Shown here piece by piece: positions 12,961 through 26,259 of a stretch of DNA of 64,000 bases. The notes below the pieces were generated by a model. It ran no database searches and was not told the DNA's origin. It saw only the letters and a program-made list of their open reading frames with translations. Source of the DNA: Octopus sinensis (Eukaryota); assembly GCF_006345805.1 (NCBI RefSeq), contig NC_043012.1, positions 59,086,001 through 59,150,000 of the forward strand, read 5' to 3'. Both the position numbers and the translations under genes were made by a program. Numbering within the stretch: position 1 is the first letter of the stretch; every line of letters starts with the position of its first letter.

Positions 12961-13780
12961 TGCAAATGTATATAGATACATATAATATATATATATATAC
13001 AACTTAATACTCTATATATGTATGTACGCGTATGCATACATACATATGTGTGTATGAATGAGTGAGTGTGTGTATGATCATATATATGTATATAAACATT
13101 TATGTATATAGACATATATAAAACAGGCAGACGCTCACTAACACATGCCTGTTCTACATTAATACATATACACAATTATACATACATATACGCACACTTC
13201 CCCTCTAGGCAGTGAGTACTCTTTTTGTATTTGTGCACCTTCTTCACACTGAGAAATACGTACGTGGGCATGTGCACGTGTATATGCTTGCATAAATATA
13301 TGGTTAAATGCGTCTTCGTGCACGCGTGTGTACTTATAAACCGGCACACATACATATATATATATATATATATGCAAATGTATATAGATACATATAATAT
13401 ATATATATATACAACTTAATACTCTATATATGTATGTACGCGTATGCATACATACATATGTGTGTATGAATGAGTGAGTGTGTGTATGATCATATATATG
13501 TATATAAACATTTATGTATATAGACATATATAAAACAGGCAGACGCTCACTAACACATGCCTGTTCTACATTAATACATATACACAATTATACATACATA
13601 TACGCACACTTCCCCTCTAGGCAGTGAGTACTCTTTTTGTATTTGTGCACCTTCTTCACACTGAGAAATACGTACGTGGGCATGTGCACGTGTATATGCT
13701 TGCATAAATATATGGTTAAATGCGTCTTCGTGCACGCGTGTGTACTTATAAACCGGCACACATACATATATATATATATA
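12961..13780. repeat. Two-copy tandem duplication, 412-bp period
   Basis: tgcaaatgta at 12961 and 13373; ctaggcagtgagtactc repeats with the same 412-bp spacing; near-identical copies. Confidence 0.95.
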
Positions 13781-14696
13781 GGTGTGTATATGTGTGTATT
13801 GATGCACGTATATATGTATATGTTCGTATGTATGTAAGTATATGTATGCATACATATATACGTATGTATTCACATACACACACTCCACACACATACCTAG
13901 AAGTAAAGATATCGAGCATGATTTCTTGCTGATTCTTAGCAGAATTCTACACGGAATGTTAATTGTTACAAGAGTTAATAAGATAATATATTTGTAGATA
14001 TTTATCAAGTAACGTACAGTAAAGGGCAATTGCATACAAGCGAAGACCGCTCTAGGGTTTCAATCCCGGTAGAAGCCATTTAATATCATTTTACATCAAT
14101 TACTTTGGTAATGCCTTTGAGAGAAAGAAGATGATATCCATATCTATTCTGCTAATTGACGAGCCCCTGGTAGTCTATAAGTGGTCATCAAGTTTGCAAG
14201 AAATAGAAGCCAAATATTCTTCAAAGCATAATTTTTCGCTTTGCACTTTCGTAAAAGGTAGGACGTCGGTATAAATTGTAAGTTATAAATATTCATGTTT
14301 TAATTACGAATACATGGTTTGCCAGTTTTGCATTTTCTAATTCCTGGTTTGGCAACATAAAATTTCGATCGAGCAGTGATAATCTGTTACCAAAATGCAT
14401 CTTAGATGTAAATGAGATTATAATTGAAGATGTGACGTTAATGTGTACTGTTTTCTTATGGTCTCTTAGATACCGTAGAAAGACAAGTTAGTCCTGGCTG
14501 GAAACCTCTCATCGTAGATCCGATCAATTAATATTGACCTAAGAATGAACAACGACGACGTCTCAGATAAATAAGAACGCCACGTATTTGATTAGAAGTA
14601 CAGCGGTGAGTCAGAATGTAGTGCAATTTTTATTTGCAATCTTCTGAGACTCAGCAATAAAAGCAAATAAGAATTGCATTGAATCCAACTTCCTCT

Positions 14697-15003
14697 AGTT
14701 TGTTCCTTCTCGAGCCATGCCTGACTCATAAGGGCCGGTTTCCCGGTTTCCTTGGGGGTATAGGTTCCCCACCTGGACGGCACGCCGGTCCATCGCAGGT
14801 GAGCTGCAAGATGCAGGAGGAAAGAGTGGGAGAAAATTGTGGCGAACGAGTTAGCAGAAGTTCGCCTTAACCTTCTGCCGGAGCCGCGTGGAGGTTAGGT
14901 GTTTCGTCGTCAAATAAACACACACATCACCCGGTCTGAGATTCGAACCCGCGATCCCTCGACCGCGAGTCTGCTGCTCTAACCACTAGGCCACGTGCCT
15001 CCA
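14697..15003 (-). mobile_element. SINE family C, full length, with TSD
   Basis: Reverse complement of the 24541-24850 type; TSD caacttcctct at 14686-14696 and 15004-15014. Confidence 0.9.
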
Positions 15004-15029
15004 CAACTTCCTCTCGTAGTATGATTAAA

Positions 15030-15340
15030 TGGTACATGTGACCGGGGACCACATTTTAACTTGTATTTCCACTGAAACTCCGAACATGGATTCTAAATCT
15101 CAACAACTAAGGACGACTATGGCTGTGGCGTGCGCACTATCTGAAGCCTTTGCTTTCCCAGAGGAGCAGCTCTCAAATTTGCAAGCTCGACTTTTGTGTC
15201 GCAGATATAAGTATTACTTTATTTGCTGCAACCTAAGAATCGACCACCGGATCTGGTCAGCGTTTGTGAGGGACGAGATGAACTCGCTGGTCGGAGCTAG
15301 CTTAGCCCAACGCGGATGACTACCCCAGCAAGTACAAATA
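15030..15340 (+). mobile_element. Possible decayed Gypsy gag N-terminus
   Basis: GC-richer island; MDSKSQQLRTTMAVA...RYKYYFICCNL loosely resembles the invertebrate Gypsy gag pattern (AVA.KLP.FW...TK.YY....L); weak, recall-based. Confidence 0.3.
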
Positions 15341-15617
15341 AGTACTAGTATAATTAAATTAATCAGATCCTACTGCATGTTTTAGTTTCTTGATTGAAAT
15401 CAATTTAATTTCGGTTTCGATCGATTAAATTAGCTAAGTACTCGTCCAATCAGATCCATCTACCATATTGAGTGAGTAATTACACATTAAACACTGTAGT
15501 TCTGGATGCATTTTATACGATTAGAAATTTGGGATAAACACAGCTGGAAAGTTTTTGAAAACACGTCAGATTTATCAGGGATCTCTTGGGTTTAAACGCC
15601 TCGAACGACAATCTGCA

Positions 15618-15811
15618 CTCTTTTACTCTTCTAATTGTTTCAGTTATTTGACTGCGACTATGCTAGAGCACCGCCTTTAGTCGAGCAAATCAACCCCAGG
15701 AGTTATTCTTTGTAAGCCTAGTACTTATTCTGTCGGTCACTTTTGCCGAACCGCTACATTACGGGGACGTAAACACACCAGCATCGGCTGTCAAGCGATG
15801 TTGGGGGAACA

Positions 15812-15838
<27 letters not shown>
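15618..15838 (-). mobile_element. SINE family A, 3' half
   Basis: ctcttttactcttctaattgtttcagttatttgactgcg...gatgttgggggaacaaac. Confidence 0.85.
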
Positions 15839-15843
<5 letters not shown>

Positions 15844-15844
15844 A

Positions 15845-16955
15845 TGGGAACATAAATCTTCCAGGAAAAGATAGCTTAAACTGAACTCTTAATGGAGGTG
15901 TAGTCAAATCCTATTTTATGGACTCAACCATGTTCTAAAATTAGTCGAAATGTAAGCTACTATAAATCGGCACGAACTTTCCGGACAACCCAATCTTTAA
16001 CTATTTTAACAACTTGTTTGATACTCGCTTTAAACCAACTGGTATTGATTTGAAACTAGTACTTCCCTACGTAGTAATCAGTGAGTACGTATAACATTGG
16101 GATTTTGATACAAAACCTTTTATAAAGTCTATCATAGATGGTGCCCCATCGGTACATATTCCAACACATGAATTGCAGGATAAATTCCATTCTTCGAGGT
16201 AGGCAGATCAAATGTCAAAAATATCTTGACCTCTTGGTGTGAGCGGCATTTCTTCGCAGCAAAAGAAACGATTCATGATTTGGTCACCATCAATAAAGAA
16301 AATAAATGCAAGTAATAGTACTTTGTTTCTAATGTCAGCTGATTCGTCAAACTGTTGAGAAAATTCTGAGTTCTGATATTTGTTCTGTACATTTTCCTCT
16401 ATATCAGCAGATAAATTCAGAATTTTCCTATGGATTATATTATTTGAGAGCGGATTCTTGCTTATTTCTTGCTCGGCTTCATCATCTAACATGGTTTTAA
16501 CCATCTTAGTGCAAACGGCTAATCGACTCGGCTAAAGTATGCGATTTCGTTTGTAGAGCAATCCTTTCGTCCATCTCAATAGAGGCGATTTGAGCCTTTT
16601 CAGAAACATTCATGATTCTTTCAATGCAGTTTCTTTGTTTAAATTGGTTTTCTAGCAGTCTTTGGAAATAATTTAGTTCTTTACACTGAAGAGTGTTTAG
16701 TTGTAAAATGATTTTTAAACTTCCTGGGTAACATGCCTTCGTTAGGCATATTTTCACCATAAACAACGCAGAGCGGAAGAGGCTGATCTTTGTGGCCAGT
16801 TCATTGAAACGCAAGCTTTAAGTAAATAATGCCATATTTACAATTGGGTCGAGCTTTCGCATTATTATCACTACGCTTAGTTGCTTTTGACGAACGTTCA
16901 TTTTCAGATTCATAATCGTAACGGTTTTCTTGTTAATAGACTTTTCCATTTTATG
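15845..16955 (-). mobile_element. hAT (Buster/SPIN/ZBED5-like) transposase remnant, frameshifted
   Basis: Minus-strand peptides VSEKAQIAS...KSHTLAESI, LSNNIIHRKILNLSADIEE...FSQQFDESADIRNKVLLLAFI..F.CEEMP..PRGQDIF and VGICTDGAPSM match Buster-family motifs (LDESTD, CTDGAP); subterminal repeats agtctcgcacaaag near 16985-17022. Confidence 0.9.
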
Positions 16956-17494
16956 GGTAATTTAGTCCGTTAATATGAATTGTCTCGCAGAAAGAGTCTC
17001 GCACAAAGAGTCTCGCACAAAGAGTACTAAGTCAAACTGAGAGTGAGACAAGTGACCAGTGTGCTGTGAAAAAGTAGCAGCATATATTATCTGCCTCGCT
17101 TGAGAAGTTTTTCAAAATCAATTGAAAAGATGAAAATTCTCACCACTATACGAATGAAGAATGTTGCAATACGTGAGGACGTACCTTCGTATATTTTAGT
17201 TCAATAGTTTATTTTTCACATTTATTATTGAAATGAAAACTGCTGAGAATGTGTCCGAAATAGACTGAAACATAGTCGTGCACTGAATGTGTCCCTAAGA
17301 CGTCAATTTCGAGGACAGATTGATGTTAATTTAGTTCTTATCCTTATGAAATTCCAGATTCAAAATTGAATAACAATGTCATACTATAATTAGCCTAAGT
17401 GAATTGAATGACACAAACACCTCTCATCCTTAGTTTAAAATTTAGTATTTCGATTTTTGCCACATTAACATTTATATATGAACTTTCTACATCT

Positions 17495-17790
17495 TGAGGC
17501 AGTGAGTTCGATTCCCGGACGGGACTGGGTGCTGTGTTCTTGAGCAAGACATTTTATTTCATTTCGCTCCAGTGCACTCAGCTGTAGAAATGAGTTGCCA
17601 TGTCACTGGTACCAAGCTGTATCATCTTTTACCTTTCCCTTCGATAACATCAGTGGTGTAGAGAGGGGTATACATAGACAACTGCTGATTTTCTATAAAC
17701 AACCTTGCCCGGACTTGTGCCCCGAAAGCAAAATTTCTATGTGCAAACCCATGGTCATTCATGGCTGAAGAGGGTCCTTACCCTTTACAC
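17495..17790 (+). mobile_element. SINE sharing the family D core with a different 3' half
   Basis: B-box-like gttcgattccc, core tgtgttcttgagcaagac...ctccagtgcactcagctg, distinct tail ending gggtccttacccttt. Confidence 0.6.
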
Positions 17791-18393
17791 TGTGCACCCA
17801 TTTCCAAAATAGTGAACGCTTTGAACTAAGCATACATGAACTATATGTATGTATCAACCCAAGCTCAAAAGTTAATTCTGACTTTCGTACAAAGCTGAAA
17901 ATTAATATAAAACAATACAGTTTGTTTGCCATCGACCAGTATACATAAATGCCTCATATATTATGCGCATGAAGGCTGAAAACTGATTTTCATTGTAATC
18001 TTAGACATAGTAAGTCATGCTGGTGAACCTCGAGACGTTGCTCCAGCATCGCCGCAGTCTAATGACTGAAACAATTGGTTAAAAGACAATATACTACAGA
18101 TGTGACTAGACAATATGTTACATAGCATTTGGATTACCATATTGTTTTATCGTTCAATTTTCGGGTTCGTTGGATATTATATTTTCTACGGTACATAGAA
18201 AGGTTTTGAGCTTACTTTATATTGTTACGTATACATGTTTTATCGGCTAAACGGGAGGAACAAGAAAGCTGAAGTCAATCTTGACCAGATTTGTAATCAG
18301 AACGTAGCTGTTCAAATAACCAGTAATATTATTTATAGGAGTGATACAATAACTTACAGATCCTGCCCGACACCAAGAAAGCAAATATTAATA

Positions 18394-18424
<31 letters not shown>

Positions 18425-18540
18425 GAAGATTAGTATTGCGATTGACAAAAGAAAGCAATATTTGAAATGAAGTTTATGTTCAATAACATTCAATATTGTT
18501 TATTCAATACTGTAGCAGAGAGGGGGAAATATATACATAT

Positions 18541-18592
<52 letters not shown>

Positions 18593-18727
18593 GTATGCAT
18601 GTATGAATGTATACGCACACACACACACACTCACACGCATATATATATGTATATATGTGTATATATATATACTTGAATAAAAATGCTTGTATATAAACAT
18701 ATATAAAAATATATATAAATACATATG

Positions 18728-18772
<45 letters not shown>

Positions 18773-19498
18773 TATATATATATGGACATACATACATATA
18801 TATGTATATGTATATATACATATGTGTATGTGTGTGTATACACATATATCAGTATCTCTGTATACATGTATGTAAGCGTATAAGTTCCACAGTACAGCGT
18901 TTGCATGGTTATCAGCGTATACAGGCAAATCTAATGACCATTCCCACCACAATGTGTGGCTGGAAAGTAAGTTTTTGGTCAATGGCGGATGCCATTATTT
19001 TTCATTCCGTGTTAGCAATAAACTTTTTACTCAATATCGAGCTATCAACGTACTAAAGTTGACATTCAATAATGTAGCTAGTTTTACTGTGAATTTTCCT
19101 TATTTTTTTTTCATTTTCCTCGAATGTTTTCCTTTATTTACTATTTATTCGTTCTGTTTTGTTTTGTTTTGATATTGCTATCAAGCTGACTTGTTCATTT
19201 TATATGTATCTCTCTTCCTATCGGTCGGTTATATATATATATAATACACATATGTAAATATGTGAAGGAAATTACATATACATCTATATGTGTAAATATA
19301 TATGCATGCATGTGTGCATATATGTATGTATATATATATGTGTGTGTAACATATATATATCATACACATATGTGAATATGTGTAGGAAATTGCATATACA
19401 TCTATATATGTAAATATATGTAAGTGTATGTATATATATGTTTGTCTGTATCATATACATATATATGTGAAAATATATGTCTCATGGGTGTATGTGTA

Positions 19499-19551
<53 letters not shown>

Positions 19552-19587
19552 GTGTGTGTATATATATGTATATGTATGTATATATAT

Positions 19588-19625
<38 letters not shown>

Positions 19626-22029
19626 TGGATATATATATGGGACAATTTCATATATATGTATGTATAAAATAATTTATATACTCACGCATACTGTCACGCC
19701 TATATATAACATAGGTGTATATAACATAGATATATATAAATCACGCTTAAGTATAACATAAGTATGTATGTGCATACGTATGCATACATACTCTAACATG
19801 GCTGTTTTTCAGAGGCGGTTAGACGATTAAATAAAAGAGGTAGTAGAGAAATGTATTGTAGTTTATCGTCATCTTTCACAATTTATTATATCCTTTACTA
19901 TACTATTCAGTGTCTACCATTTCGTCTAAATATTTGACAACTGCAAGATATACGGTTCAGAATACTTTCTTTTATTTTTTTTTCATTTTTTTTTTTGTTT
20001 TTTTTTTTGGTTTGGTCTTTTCTAAACATTGTAATCTTTGCTTCTTGGAACGACAAGGAGGCAGAAATCTTATAATACTTTATCTAACCTTACTGTTTTG
20101 CCTGCTTCAACAAGCACATTGTTTAGTCAGAGGTGAAGAGCTAGATATTGAAATGGTAAATGAAGAAAGATATATCAAATATTTAAGACATATTCCTCTG
20201 ATGAGTGGCTCAAACATTCATATCATTTTTTTTAACATTTTTCAACTTAAATATTGTTAATAAACTTCTATTTCGATTCTCTTTCGTTGTTGCTCTCTTG
20301 TTGAGATTTTCTTTTGTCTCAGTTCAATCTCAATGGATATTACATATTATAAGATTAGCGTCTCTGATGTTGGAAAAGAGGGGTGGTCCACCCGGGTGAC
20401 ACTGTTATGAGGTCGGTCACTTGTCTGATCTCCTGTACAAGCCTACACAGCTATAGGTATGCGGGTAGGGCGGCAACCTTTAAGGCAACCCCATGTGGCC
20501 AACACTCGCTCTACACCACTGTATTATGAAAGACATTCTAACCACCACGCGCCTATTTCTAATTCCGGTGTAGAATATGTAGAACCACATTTACTTCCAT
20601 TTCTGAGAAAGCGGCGTAAAGAAATATCTAGGAACTCTCCGAATTTTAAACCTGTTCTTATAACCTCCATTATCAATGTTTGATAAAAGATACATCATTA
20701 TGTTTTACACAAGAATGATTAATGAAACAAAGTCATCAACTATCTTATGCACACACACCCCACAAAACAAACACTCACACTGTTCCGTTCATGCAAGATC
20801 AACAAAGTAAGTATTCTATACAGTGAGAAATAAACATAATTTAATATACTCAATACAAAAATACGAGGTAATAATATTCCCTTGCTTTGGAGGCCCGGGT
20901 CATGGTAGGTTTTATCCCACGCTTTATATCTCCAAGCAATCTTTAGGTTCTTTAGAGATAGTTGGCTACTATTTCTAGCGACCAATTTGCATGTTGTTTT
21001 CTTAGCTCAGCACACCTTTACAATCGATTATATTGACCGCAATGCTTTATACTTAGGTTAATACTTAACCTATACTTTATACTATAGGTTAATATTATAC
21101 TTTATACTATAGTTTAATACTTTACCTACCGAATCTTGTAGAACTAAAGGCAAATCGGCCCTCTGGTTGTGATTTGAGCTCAAAACATAAAGACATGTAT
21201 CTATATAAAAAGGGACCTTTTATTACGATGTTCTACCGACAGCAGCAATTCTCCGCCTACTTCTCTATTTAATAGTCAGAACAGAAAGCCTATCGTAGAA
21301 GAAAAAGATATGTGGGCAATTTTATTTTTTACTTCATTATTCATATCAACAACTAAGGAATTATGTTAAAGAGAAAATTAATTTCCTTAAGAGGAAGGCG
21401 AAAAACTTCCAGGAATTCAAGTATCTTCTCTTCAAGCTCAATTTGGTATCATCACCTATGAAGAGCTGTCCAAGAAATAAAACCTCAATACTTTAATAGA
21501 AATGTAAAGAAAAACAATTTTATTTATTTATTATTTTTTATTATTTATTTATTTATTGCTATATGTTTTTGCAAAGAAAACTCACAAACTGAAAGATGAT
21601 TGCAGAAATATCCAATGATTAGCTTTTAATAAAATAATAAAATAATTTTATTTGTCACGAGCGAAGAGATATTACCCAATGCGATCATTTGATCTGCTAA
21701 ATATAGTAACAAAACCTACCTCAAATTTAATTTTGCTCTCTTAAAAAAATACAAGTACACCAGCCAAGAAATATTTCTGTATGAAATCATTTGATACGCT
21801 AAATATAATAACCAAATCTACTTCAAATTTAATCATGTATACATTTTCTTATACATTCTTAGAAAGATTATGCATGACAATGTACTGAATGATGACTGTT
21901 GGACTGAAATGAGCGTAGGTTTGACCTGGCTTAAGAACAGGAAGATCAATATCGACAACAACAACAACAGCAGCAACGTATTTTCACATCCTGCAATTTT
22001 GTATCCCACTCAGTTTTGTCTTGCGAGGG

Positions 22030-22150
22030 CCCGGTTACCTCACTAGTGTTAGTGGCAAGAACATAAAACGCACTGTATACACTATGTAAAAGGGTTGGCG
22101 TTGGAAGAGCATTCAGACGTAGAGACCATGCCACAGAGCAGACACTTGGC
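22030..22150 (+). repeat. Fragment of another dispersed repeat
   Basis: ggttggcgttggaagagcattcagacgtagagaccatgcc resembles a repeat I recall from octopus; single copy here. Confidence 0.3.
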
Positions 22151-22277
22151 GCTTAGCGCTGCCCCACCCTCTCTATTTCTCCCTCTTCCTCCCTATCTCT
22201 CTCCCTCTCTCTTTCTCTCCCTTTGTGATTACTTTCGAATTGTCCGACCCATGCCAGCATGGGAAAAGAGACGCTGA

Positions 22278-22310
22278 TGGTGGTGATGGTGATGATGATG
22301 ATGACGAAGG

Positions 22311-22366
<56 letters not shown>

Positions 22367-22485
22367 GTGGTGATGATGATGATGACGGTGATGATAATGA
22401 AGATGATGGGGATGATGATGATGAAGAGGAGGAGGACGATGACAATGAGGATGATGATGATCATCATCATGATCATGATAATTAA
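22278..22485. repeat. (GAT)n microsatellite
   Basis: Direct reading; source of the poly-D/M/H/S/I ORFs. Confidence 0.95.
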
Positions 22486-23047
22486 GAAGAAAAAGAAGGC
22501 GAAGAAAAATAATTAGGATGATGATACATTTTTTTTTAAATGTACATGGACGTATCCTTCCACTATAATCTACGGGTTCTACACCTGTTTCGATGGCGAA
22601 TAATCCCATTATTCAAACAACCCAAGTCAATGAATTTTATTGCAAGTAACTGAGCATTTCATGGAATTGTGCGTGCTTAAATTAAACCTTATACTGATTC
22701 AGCATGAAATATGGTATCACATTACTAGCCATTTCAATTATAGCGACATTATAGTACCTCCAATCTACTTCCGTAAAATTAATGGTAATTATAAAGCTTT
22801 GGTGATCACCAAACAATAGTTTATTCCATTTAACCAAGATATTACGCTGTGTGATCGAACCTACACTATCTTAATTATGAAGTGAACCCCTTGCCGACTT
22901 TTTTGTAATATAGGCGCCCACATTTCATATGAGAATAATGGATTAAAATCAATTCTTGTCAGTAAATGAACGGAGAATATAAAGGGAGATAATCATTTAG
23001 TTTAGCATTACCGCTCCCTTTCATTTTGTAAATAGTTTCAAACATAA

Positions 23048-24368
23048 GGCGTCGAGCCGACAAATTCGTTAACATACCTCCGACATTAGGCTTAGCAGCA
23101 TTTCGTCTGTCTTTGCGTTTTGAGTTCAAATTCCGCCAATGTCGACTTTGCTTTTCCTTCTTTCGCTGTTGATAAACAAGTACCATTTGAGCACGGGGTT
23201 CATGTAATGGAATAGCAATCTACCGCAAAATTTCAGGCTCAGTGTCTACGGTAGAAAGAAACAAATATTGGTATTAAACTCGGAACTGCGGCCACGTTCG
23301 GGCACCGCCTTCATGGTTTTAGTCAAGTGCACGCCTTATACTTAATCTGGACTTCCTTTTATCGTTATCAATTTATCGAATAGTAGATTTCACTAAGTTG
23401 TTGTTGTTTTTTTTTTCAGAGTGTTAACACACGCGAACACTCTTATAACACTGAGTAACGAACTCATGAGACAGACGAATGAAAGGCGTCGTTGACTTCA
23501 ACGTTCGCAGATTTTCAGATTGCTAAGTGTTCTAACACACACACACACAGAGGCATACACACACAAGCACACACATGCGCAAGCGCAAACACTCAGGCAC
23601 ACACACTCACACACAGATACACATTATCGAGTTCGCGATGGACTTCTGCGCATTTTCCCTCAAATGTTCTTTCTCGGCTGAGACTGCGGTAGAAGTAATT
23701 TGTCCAAGTTCCTTCACAGACGGCTGGAATGTGTCGAATTACTTATGGACACCAAAGTGAAAAACCTAATGATACAGCCATACCTGTGTAAGCAGGACAA
23801 ATATTTGGTGACATGTCTTCCGGTTCTTTAGTTCTTGCGTTCAAATTCCACCGTAGTGGACTTCACCTTTTATTTTCTCTGGACACATAAAATAAATACC
23901 AGCAGTGTACTGGGGTCGAAGTAATCAACTTTGGACAGAACAATGCGTAGTGTTCTTGAGCAAAACATACTCAGCGGGCATATATATATAACAAAGGCTG
24001 CGAGCTGACAGACTCTTTAGCAAGTCGGACAAAATGCTTAACCGCATTCTTTTAGGCTCTTTACTTTCTGTGTTCAAACGCCGCCCAGGTCGACTTTGTC
24101 TTTTATCGTCTCAGGTGTGATAAAAATAAGTGTCAGCTGGGCACTTGGATCTCTATAACCGACAAGCACCCTCCCCTCCCAACTTCAATATAAAAAAAGG
24201 GCGGCGAACTGGCAGACCTCTAAACATGTCAGACAATAGGCTTAGCGAGAATTTTTTTACAGTGTTTTAATTCTTATGTTCAAATTCTACCGTGGTGGAC
24301 TTGCCTTTCATCCTCTTGGATCAGATAAAATAGTACCAGCAATACACTGAGGTGGACGTAATCAACTT
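23048..24368 (+). mobile_element. Cluster of four degenerate co-oriented family B SINEs (~23048-23260, 23780-23930, 23996-24180, 24200-24368)
   Basis: Each carries a variant of 'gttcaaattcc(a/g)cc..ggt(c/g)gactt..ctttcatcc' on the plus strand. Confidence 0.7.
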
Positions 24369-24371
24369 TGG

Positions 24372-24528
24372 ACCGAACTATGCATTTTGTACTTGAGCAA
24401 GACGCTTCACTTCACGTTACTCCAATCCATTCGACCGGCAAAGTGAATAACTCGGTGATTGATCGGTCTCCCGTCCAGGTGTGAATATAAATGACACAGA
24501 AGCTAGGAAACCAGCTTTATGAATCTAT
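24372..24528 (+). mobile_element. SINE family D fragment
   Basis: tgtacttgagcaagacgcttcacttcacgttactcc...tcccgtccagg. Confidence 0.6.
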
Positions 24529-24540
24529 ATGATTCAGGAA

Positions 24541-24850
24541 GTGGAAGCGCATGGCCTAGTGGTTAGAGTAGCGGGCTCGCAGTCGAGGGATCGCGAGTTC
24601 AAATCTCAGACCGGGCGATGTGTGTTTATGAGCGAAACACCTAAGCTTCACGCAGCTCCGGCAGAGGATAATGGCGAACTTCTGCTGACTCTTTCACCAC
24701 ATGTTTCTCTCACTCTTTCCTCCTGCATCTTGCAGCTCCCCTGCGACGGACCGGCGTTCGGTCCAGGTGGGGAACCTATACGCCAAGGAAACTGGGAGAC
24801 CGGCCCTTATGAGCCAGGCGTGGCTCAAGAAGGAACAAACAACAGAAACA
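24541..24850 (+). mobile_element. tRNA-derived SINE family C, full length, with TSD
   Basis: A box tggcctagtgg, B box gagttcaaatc; TSD atgattcaggaa (24529-24540) / atgagtcaggaa (24851-24862). Confidence 0.9.
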
Positions 24851-26259
24851 ATGAGTCAGGAAGGAGCTTTATGGCGTTTTTTTTCCTATCCCCTAAAATT
24901 GCCGGCTTTGTATGAAAATTTGAAACCATTATTTTATATAAAATTGAGATTGGTTGTCATCATATCAACAAGTGATTTAAGGAACTAAAATTAAATTATT
25001 CTCCAACACTGAAAATAAAAATGGATGGAAATGAAAAAATACTCCTAGTTTCTAATTTGGTTTATTACTAAAATGTTCTATATTTTTAGGTTATATTTTC
25101 AACATTCCACTATTTTATTCCTATTTAGTTTTCTCACTTTCGGTGTCATACCTGTCTATTCTCTATCAGAGGTTAGAGAGGAAGAGGAAACAAACATTAT
25201 CTTCTCACTAACCGGTGATAAAAATATGTAATATGGAAAGGAAGATTAACAAAGATGATATAAATATAAATTGTTAAATTGAAAAAAGTTTTTTTTTGTT
25301 GCTGTTTTGTTTTTGTTTTCTTCTTTTAGCAGAAATGGTTTGAAATTGCCAATTTAAAATTTCGTCCATCTCACCATATATTTCTGTATTTTTAGATATT
25401 TCCTATAATTTACGAATTGGCATTCAAGAAAAAAAAATAGGTGTATAAAACAAAAATAGTTCCGCAGAAATTGCAGCCAATATTATTGCTCTTAACGGGT
25501 CGATAATATAAAGAATTGATATTGAAATGGACTAATATTGAAGTAATATATTCGTGTACATTATACAGATATCGAGAAAAGAATGTGACCTCAATGACCC
25601 TACTTAGAGAGATATATAAATCCATTTGTGGTTCATTACACATTAGCAGGTTTTCCTTGTGTTCTCTGTGATAAATGATATTACGGTAAAAGAAGCTAAA
25701 TAGGCCTATTGAGAGAAATAATTCATCGCTGAATGAAAACTAAGAAGACTGGAGAATAGTATTTCTGAAAGACTCTGAAAGATTCCGAGAGAGAGGGAGA
25801 GAGAGAAAGAGAGTGAGTGAAAGACACTGGCTTTTATATCTTAAGCAAGCTAGAATTTCTTTTATGAAGAAATCGCTTTATTCGTGATGCAAACTCTTAT
25901 AAGTTTGTATAGATTTATATAAAAGAACGTCTAACATCAGAAATTCACGTAGCAGGCTTAGTTAAATGGCATTTTTATAAAGCATTATCAATAACTCCAA
26001 TTAACCAATTCCATGAAACAACGTAGAATACTCAACTAAAAGGTCAAACGCCTGTCTCTATCGTCAACTTAGAACTCTTTCTATCATGAAGACACTATGG
26101 CTTACGCTTCTTGGTTGTAGTCATGCACTTATGTTATGATACATCTCCCCATTTGATTGCATTATTTTGTATATCTACAGCTAAACAGCCTGATCCATAA
26201 AGTCATAGTTTCTTTTTTTTTTTTTTGTAACTACGACGCAAGAACAGCAGATTTTAAGG

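Noticed and set aside
17763-17790. ctgaagagggtccttaccct, hammerhead-like start
   Set aside because: The stem is not followed by GAAA; it is a SINE tail hairpin
20195-20215. ctgatgagtggctcaaac, hammerhead-like
   Set aside because: Lacks the G of GAAA and has no helix I/III pairing
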